From a bacterium (GTDB taxonomy: Bacteria > UBA8248), in the NCBI GenBank assembly GCA_965207065.1, contig OZ242260.1:2720001-2784000 (forward strand): a DNA stretch of 64,000 nt. Reading direction: 5' to 3'. Position numbers and translations under genes: made by a program. Of the stretch, positions 59,079 to 64,000 are shown in pieces (positions within the stretch are counted from its first letter, which is position 1; every line of letters starts with the position of its first letter). The notes below the pieces were generated by a model. That model was not told the DNA's origin. It did no database searches and was given only the letters and a program-made list of their open reading frames with translations.

Positions 59079-60965
59079 ATGGGAAGAGTGCCGGAAGAGG
59101 TGGTCGATCAGATAAGGGACGGCGCTCCGATTGAAGACGTCGTCGGCGAGTTCGTGCGCCTCAAGAAAGCGGGGACGAACTACAAGGGCCTCTGTCCGTT
59201 CCACGACGAGAAGACGCCTTCATTCAACGTGAACCCACGCATGGGCATCTACAAGTGTTTCGGATGCGGTGCGGGGGGCAACGTCTTTCAGTTCCTGATG
59301 CAGCACGAGGGCATGAGTTTTCCCGAGGCGCTCTCGCGTCTGGCGAAACGCCAGGGAATCGACCTCTCCCGCTATGAGGGGTCCGGGGAGCGGAGTCCCC
59401 AGAAGCCCGACGCGCGCCGGAAAATGTTCGCCGCGAATCGCCTGGCGGCCGATTTTTTCATGGCGGCGCTGAAGAGTAACCCGGGCGAGCGGGGCCGCCG
59501 GTATCTCGAAGAGCGCGGCGTTACGGATGACGCCCTCGCGAGGTTTCGGGTCGGGTTCGCGCCCCCGCGCTGGGATGCGCTTATCAAGGCGGCAGGGAAA
59601 AGGGGCGTATCTCCCGGTGACCTCGCGGAAGCGGGCCTTGCCGTAAGGCGCGAGGACGGAAGCGGGTATTACGATCGATTCAGGGACCGGGTCATGTTCC
59701 CCATCCGCAACCACGAGGGCGAAATAGTGGGCTTCGGCGGGCGTTCGCTGCCCGACAGCGACCCGCGCCATGCCACCGCGAAATACGTGAATTCTCCGGA
59801 CACGGCGCTCTTCAAGAAGGGCAGGACGCTGTATGGCTTTTATGAGGGCAGGGAGGCGATTCGCGAGAAAAAGCGCGTCCTGGTGACGGAGGGATATTTC
59901 GACGTCATATCGCTTTGGCGGCATGGGTTCCGGGAGGCTGTGGCGCCGCTGGGCACCGCGCTGACCGCCGAGCACATCAGGAGCCTGCGGGCGCATGCGG
60001 AGGAACTCGTGTTTGTCTTTGATCCCGATGCCGCGGGACTCGCGGCCTCTGAGCGCGCCGGTTCGGTGGCGGGACGGATGCTCGGCCTCGCCGGCGCGCC
60101 CGATCTGCTCGTGGCCAGCGACGTGCTACGCAAGAATTTTATCGATCGCGACGGAGCGGGCGCCGTGCGCCTCAAAGTGGTCAACCTCCCCGAAGGACAC
60201 GATATCGACACGTTTTTGGGAGAAAACGGAGCGGAGGACTTCGCCGGCCTCCTCTCCTCCGCGGAGGGAATCCTGGAGAACACCATCCAGACTGCGATGG
60301 ACGGAATCGCCGCAGGCGCGAGCCAGGCCGAGAAAATCGAGGCCATCCAGCGGCTCTTGCCCATCCTCGGGACTTGCCACCACAGCGTTCAGGACCAATA
60401 TTTGGCCTTATTGGAGGATCAGCTCGGGATCCCCTATCCCACGCTGACGGCCATGGTGAGGAGGATGCTGGCGGAAAACGCCCGGGAAAGTTCGCCCCGA
60501 AGAGAGGAAGAGAAGGTCGATCTGCTGGGGGAGAACCTCGAGCGTCCAAAGTTCGAGATGGACACTCTGCAGCTTTTGCTGATGAAGCCGGAGTTGGCGT
60601 CCGAGGTGCCCGATGGCTTGCTGACCGACCCGGCGGTGAACGAGGTGCTCTCCCTCATGAAATCACAGGATGCGGCCTCGCTCACGGCGGCATCTATCGC
60701 GGACAGGCTGGAGAGCCCCGCCGCGAGCGCCCTGGTGGTGGAATTGGCCGTCGTGGAGGTGGAGCCCGAAGAGGTGGAGGCGGAGCTTTTCGATTGCATC
60801 GAGAGGCTCAAGGAGCGCCGCCGGCGAAATGTGGAAGAGGATTTGATGAAGCGCATCGAGCAGACGCGCAAGCAAGAGGGGGAGGATTCCCCTGAAATGT
60901 GGAAACTTCTGGAGCGGAAAAACGCGCTTCTGCGCGAGCGGCAGCGAACGGCCTCGCCGCGCTGA
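59079..60965 (+). CDS. dnaG: DNA primase
   Basis: CPFHDEKTPSF, CFGCG, KYVNSPDT, EGYFD, FDPDAAG. Confidence 0.96.
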   Translation: MGRVPEEVVDQIRDGAPIEDVVGEFVRLKKAGTNYKGLCPFHDEKTPSFNVNPRMGIYKCFGCGAGGNVFQFLMQHEGMSFPEALSRLAKRQGIDLSRYEGSGERSPQKPDARRKMFAANRLAADFFMAALKSNPGERGRRYLEERGVTDDALARFRVGFAPPRWDALIKAAGKRGVSPGDLAEAGLAVRREDGSGYYDRFRDRVMFPIRNHEGEIVGFGGRSLPDSDPRHATAKYVNSPDTALFKKGRTLYGFYEGREAIREKKRVLVTEGYFDVISLWRHGFREAVAPLGTALTAEHIRSLRAHAEELVFVFDPDAAGLAASERAGSVAGRMLGLAGAPDLLVASDVLRKNFIDRDGAGAVRLKVVNLPEGHDIDTFLGENGAEDFAGLLSSAEGILENTIQTAMDGIAAGASQAEKIEAIQRLLPILGTCHHSVQDQYLALLEDQLGIPYPTLTAMVRRMLAENARESSPRREEEKVDLLGENLERPKFEMDTLQLLLMKPELASEVPDGLLTDPAVNEVLSLMKSQDAASLTAASIADRLESPAASALVVELAVVEVEPEEVEAELFDCIERLKERRRRNVEEDLMKRIEQTRKQEGEDSPEMWKLLERKNALLRERQRTASPR

Positions 60966-61024
60966 AGCGTTTTTTTAGGGTTTTGTTTTGTCATGAATTC
61001 GCAGTGTTTTAACTGCCTGGCCGG

Positions 61025-62827
61025 ATGAAAAGGAGAGTCACATTGGCGCAAGCGACGCAGGTGAAAAAAGAGAAAAAGGTTGATGACGTCAAGAACTTAA
61101 TCGACCTCGGGAAGGAGAAGGGTTTCCTCACCTATGAGGAGGTGAACGACGTTTTGCCGCCCGACGTAACCTCGCCCGAGGTCATCGACGACATCATGGT
61201 GCTCTTCAGCGACATGGACATCGAGATTCTCGACAGCGAATCGGCGGAGAAGCGCGCCGCCAAGAAAAAGAGCGAGTCGGCGAGTCCAGCAAAAGAGGGG
61301 TCGGAGGCGATTAGTTCGTTCGATGATTCCACGTACGGGAAAACCGACGACCCCATGCGCATGTATCTGCGCGAGATGGGGCAGATTCCCCTTCTGAGCC
61401 GGGAGGGCGAAATCGCGATCGCCAAGCGGATCGAGGAGGGCCAGATCGAAGTATGCCAGGCGACGGTGAGTACGCAGGTGGCGATCGACGCCGTCCTGGA
61501 CTTGGCCGAGCAGCTCAAGAAAGGCGAACTCGGCGTGACCGAACTTGTCGTCGTCACGAACGAGGCGGCCTCGGACGATGAGGAGAGGGAAAAGCCCACG
61601 TATGAAGAAGACAAGCGGCGCATCCTCAAACTCGTGACCAGGCTGAAAACGCAACTCCGCACCCTGGAGAAGAGAAAAGCGGAGAAGAACAAGCCCGTTA
61701 ATTTGCAAAGAGCGCGCGACAGGGTGGCGGCCTGCATCCGCGAGATGAACCTGCGGCCCGAGCGTGTCGACAGCATCGCCGAGCGGGTGAGGTCCTATGT
61801 CGAAACGATGCGCAAATATCAAGAGGAGATCGGGGGATATCTCCGGCAGGTGGAGATGGAGGAATCCGAACTGCGCGCCGTGATTCGCGAGGTCACCAAG
61901 TCGAAGGGCAAGAACGGCGGCCCCGCGATTCGCACGGTCGGAGAGAAGCGCATTCCCGTCAGCATTCTCGCGGAATACGATCGCCGCATCAAAAACGTGC
62001 GACGTAAAATCCGCTCGACGGAAAAAGCGGCGGGCGCCTCGCGAGAGGATCTCGAGAATTCCCTGAAGATGATTCGCCGCGGCCGCCGCAAGGACCGCCG
62101 GGCGAAAAAAGAGCTCGCCGAGGCGAACCTGCGCCTCGTCGTGAGCATCGCCAAGAAATACACGAACCGTGGGCTCCAGTTCCTGGACCTGATTCAGGAG
62201 GGCAACATCGGCCTGATGAAGGCGGTGGATAAGTTCGAGTACAAGCGCGGCTACAAGTTCAGCACCTACGCCACCTGGTGGATTCGCCAGGCCATCACCC
62301 GGGCGATTGCCGATCAGGCGCGGACGATTCGCATCCCCGTGCACATGATCGAGACCATCAACAAACTCATCCGCACCTCGAGGCAGCTCATACAGGAACT
62401 CGGTCGCGAGCCGCTGCCGGAGGAAATCGCCGTGAAGATGGATATGCCCGTCGACAAGGTGAGAAAGGTGCTCAAGATCGCCAAGGAGCCCATCAGCCTC
62501 GAAACGCCCATCGGCGAGGAGGAAGACAGCCAGTTGGGCGACTTCATCGAGGACAAGAAGGCCGAGGTGCCGCAGGACTCCGTCATCAAGCTGAACTTGA
62601 AGGAGCAGACCCAGAAGGTGCTCCAGACCTTGAGCCCGCGCGAGGAGAAGGTGCTGCGCAAGCGCTTCGGAATCGGGGCGGAGAACGAGCATACGCTCGA
62701 GGAGGTGGGGCAGGATTTCGACGTCACCCGCGAGCGCATACGCCAGATTGAGGCGAAAGCGCTCAGGAAACTCAGGCATCCCTCGCGGAGCAAGAAGCTC
62801 AAGAGCTTCATCGAAGAGGAAGTGTAA
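61025..62827 (+). CDS. rpoD: RNA polymerase primary sigma factor
   Basis: [45 protein letters not shown]; start may be TTG at 61043. Confidence 0.98.
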   Translation: MKRRVTLAQATQVKKEKKVDDVKNLIDLGKEKGFLTYEEVNDVLPPDVTSPEVIDDIMVLFSDMDIEILDSESAEKRAAKKKSESASPAKEGSEAISSFDDSTYGKTDDPMRMYLREMGQIPLLSREGEIAIAKRIEEGQIEVCQATVSTQVAIDAVLDLAEQLKKGELGVTELVVVTNEAASDDEEREKPTYEEDKRRILKLVTRLKTQLRTLEKRKAEKNKPVNLQRARDRVAACIREMNLRPERVDSIAERVRSYVETMRKYQEEIGGYLRQVEMEESELRAVIREVTKSKGKNGGPAIRTVGEKRIPVSILAEYDRRIKNVRRKIRSTEKAAGASREDLENSLKMIRRGRRKDRRAKKELAEANLRLVVSIAKKYTNRGLQFLDLIQEGNIGLMKAVDKFEYKRGYKFSTYATWWIRQAITRAIADQARTIRIPVHMIETINKLIRTSRQLIQELGREPLPEEIAVKMDMPVDKVRKVLKIAKEPISLETPIGEEEDSQLGDFIEDKKAEVPQDSVIKLNLKEQTQKVLQTLSPREEKVLRKRFGIGAENEHTLEEVGQDFDVTRERIRQIEAKALRKLRHPSRSKKLKSFIEEEV

Positions 62828-62952
62828 GCCGTAAACCCCGCGTGATTGACAATGATCGCGCGCGGGGCCATATATGCACAGCGAACGCGCGGCGCCCGAG
62901 GCGAAGGATGCACCGGTTTCCCGGCGTCCCTCTTGACGGTCGCGTTGCTATC

Positions 62953-63027
62953 GGGCCCATAGCTCAGCGGTAGAGCCGCCGGCTCATAACCGGCTGGTCC
63001 TTGGTTCGAATCCAGGTGGGCCCACCA
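62953..63027 (+). tRNA. tRNA with CAT anticodon, probably Ile2 (lysidine) rather than Met
   Basis: GGGCCCA/TGGGCCC acceptor, GCCGG-CTCATAA-CCGGC arm, GTTCGAATC, CCA. The position after rpoD is typical of Ile2; identity is inferred. Confidence 0.9.
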
Positions 63028-63072
63028 CAAGATTACTTGTTGAACATCTGACGATGCGAGGAGTTTGGCGTA

Positions 63073-63825
63073 GTGCACCCGGAATTGGCGGCCTTGATGG
63101 AGCTTCAGGCGATTGATGTAAAAATGGATCAATGCCGCGATGCGATTTCCAGCGTTCCCGCCTCCATCGAAAAGGAGAAGCGGTATTTGGCGGATTTCGA
63201 GTCGTCCGTTGAGGAACTCGAGGGGGAAGTGGAAGCCGCCAGGAAGAAATTGCGTGAAGCGGAAGGCGAAATTCAGTCCTTCGACCAGAAGCTCAGAGAC
63301 ACGCGCGGCAAGCAGACGCTCGTCAAGACGAACGAGGAATACCGCGCCCTGGGTGCTGAGATCGAAGGGTATCAGAACCGGATCAGCGCTTTGGAGGATA
63401 CCGTTCTCGAGATCATGGATAGCATGCCGGTGCACGAGGAGAAACTCAGCCTCGCACACGGCGAGTTGGAGTCGGCCAGGAGTAAGGTGCAGGGCGAGGT
63501 GAAGAAGCACGAGAATCATCGGGCGGAGTTCGAGCGTGAATTAAGCGCGCTTCTCGATAAGTCGAAAGCCCTCGCAGGCGGCGTGAGCGAGCAGTGGATG
63601 ACGCGCTACCAGAGTTTGAGAAAAGCCCGGAAGGGGCTGGCCGTTTGCGCGGTCGTCAATCGCACCTGCCAGGGCTGCCGCACGGCGGAGACCATTAAGC
63701 GCTTTTTGGAGATCAGGGATTCTGAGGACAGGATTTTCGAGTGCTCGAATTGCAAGCGCATCCTCTATTACCAGGAAGAGGGTGAGGGTGTGAAGTTGAG
63801 TCTGCCGGCGGTCGACCCTGAATGA
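63073..63825 (+). CDS. Coiled-coil protein with a C4-type zinc ribbon
   Basis: Long heptad-rich region followed by CQGC...CSNCKRILY. Confidence 0.88.
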   Translation: MHPELAALMELQAIDVKMDQCRDAISSVPASIEKEKRYLADFESSVEELEGEVEAARKKLREAEGEIQSFDQKLRDTRGKQTLVKTNEEYRALGAEIEGYQNRISALEDTVLEIMDSMPVHEEKLSLAHGELESARSKVQGEVKKHENHRAEFERELSALLDKSKALAGGVSEQWMTRYQSLRKARKGLAVCAVVNRTCQGCRTAETIKRFLEIRDSEDRIFECSNCKRILYYQEEGEGVKLSLPAVDPE

Positions 63826-64000
63826 GAATTGGCCACCTGCGGATTCACACCGATGGCGCCGCGCGTGGGAATCCGGGTCCTGCGGGCGCCGCCGCCTTGT
63901 TGTATGACGATGCGGGCAATTGCGTGGCCGAGGAAACCAGGTATCTGGGCACGGCGACGAACAACGTGGCGGAATACCAGGCGTTTTTGCTGGGTCTTGA
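63822..64000 (+). CDS. rnhA: Ribonuclease HI (runs off the right edge)
   Basis: Read manually: [22 protein letters not shown]...TNNVAEYQA. Confidence 0.9.
   Translation, partial: MRIGHLRIHTDGAARGNPGPAGAAALLYDDAGNCVAEETRYLGTATNNVAEYQAFLLGL

Overview
GC-rich bacterial chromosome segment. The order rho-rpmE-prfA-prmC-murA-his...mutS2-dnaG-rpoD-tRNA-Ile-Zn ribbon-rnhA suggests a Nitrospinota/Nitrospirota/deltaproteobacteria-like lineage (inference only). About 1-4 kb holds pyruvate dehydrogenase aceE-aceF on the minus strand. About 4-24 kb is accessory: an unusual TRAP transporter whose DctM has a ~330-aa C-terminal helical extension, an ABC-type ATPase + DUF4276-like pair bracketed by an inverted REP pair, a HEPN/MNT toxin-antitoxin pair flanked by apparent hsdM relics, and a cluster of oxidoreductases, hydrolases, cupins and a haloalkane dehalogenase. 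About 24-64 kb is mostly housekeeping: trpS, ileS, lspA, rluD, acyl-CoA oxidation, glycine cleavage, tRNA-Gly, PHP, a degenerate WYL regulator, two DUF507-like paralogs, coaE, rho, a C-terminally extended L31, prfA, prmC, murA, a his operon lacking hisC/hisZ, mutS2, dnaG, rpoD, tRNA-Ile2 and rnhA. The most striking non-coding signal is a family of short elements that share a terminal inverted repeat (about GGGGYTGTTGAAAAAG) but carry different palindromic cargo. They fill many intergenic gaps, including every gap in the his operon. No transposase, CRISPR array or rRNA was seen. All family assignments come from motif recognition by eye, not database searches.
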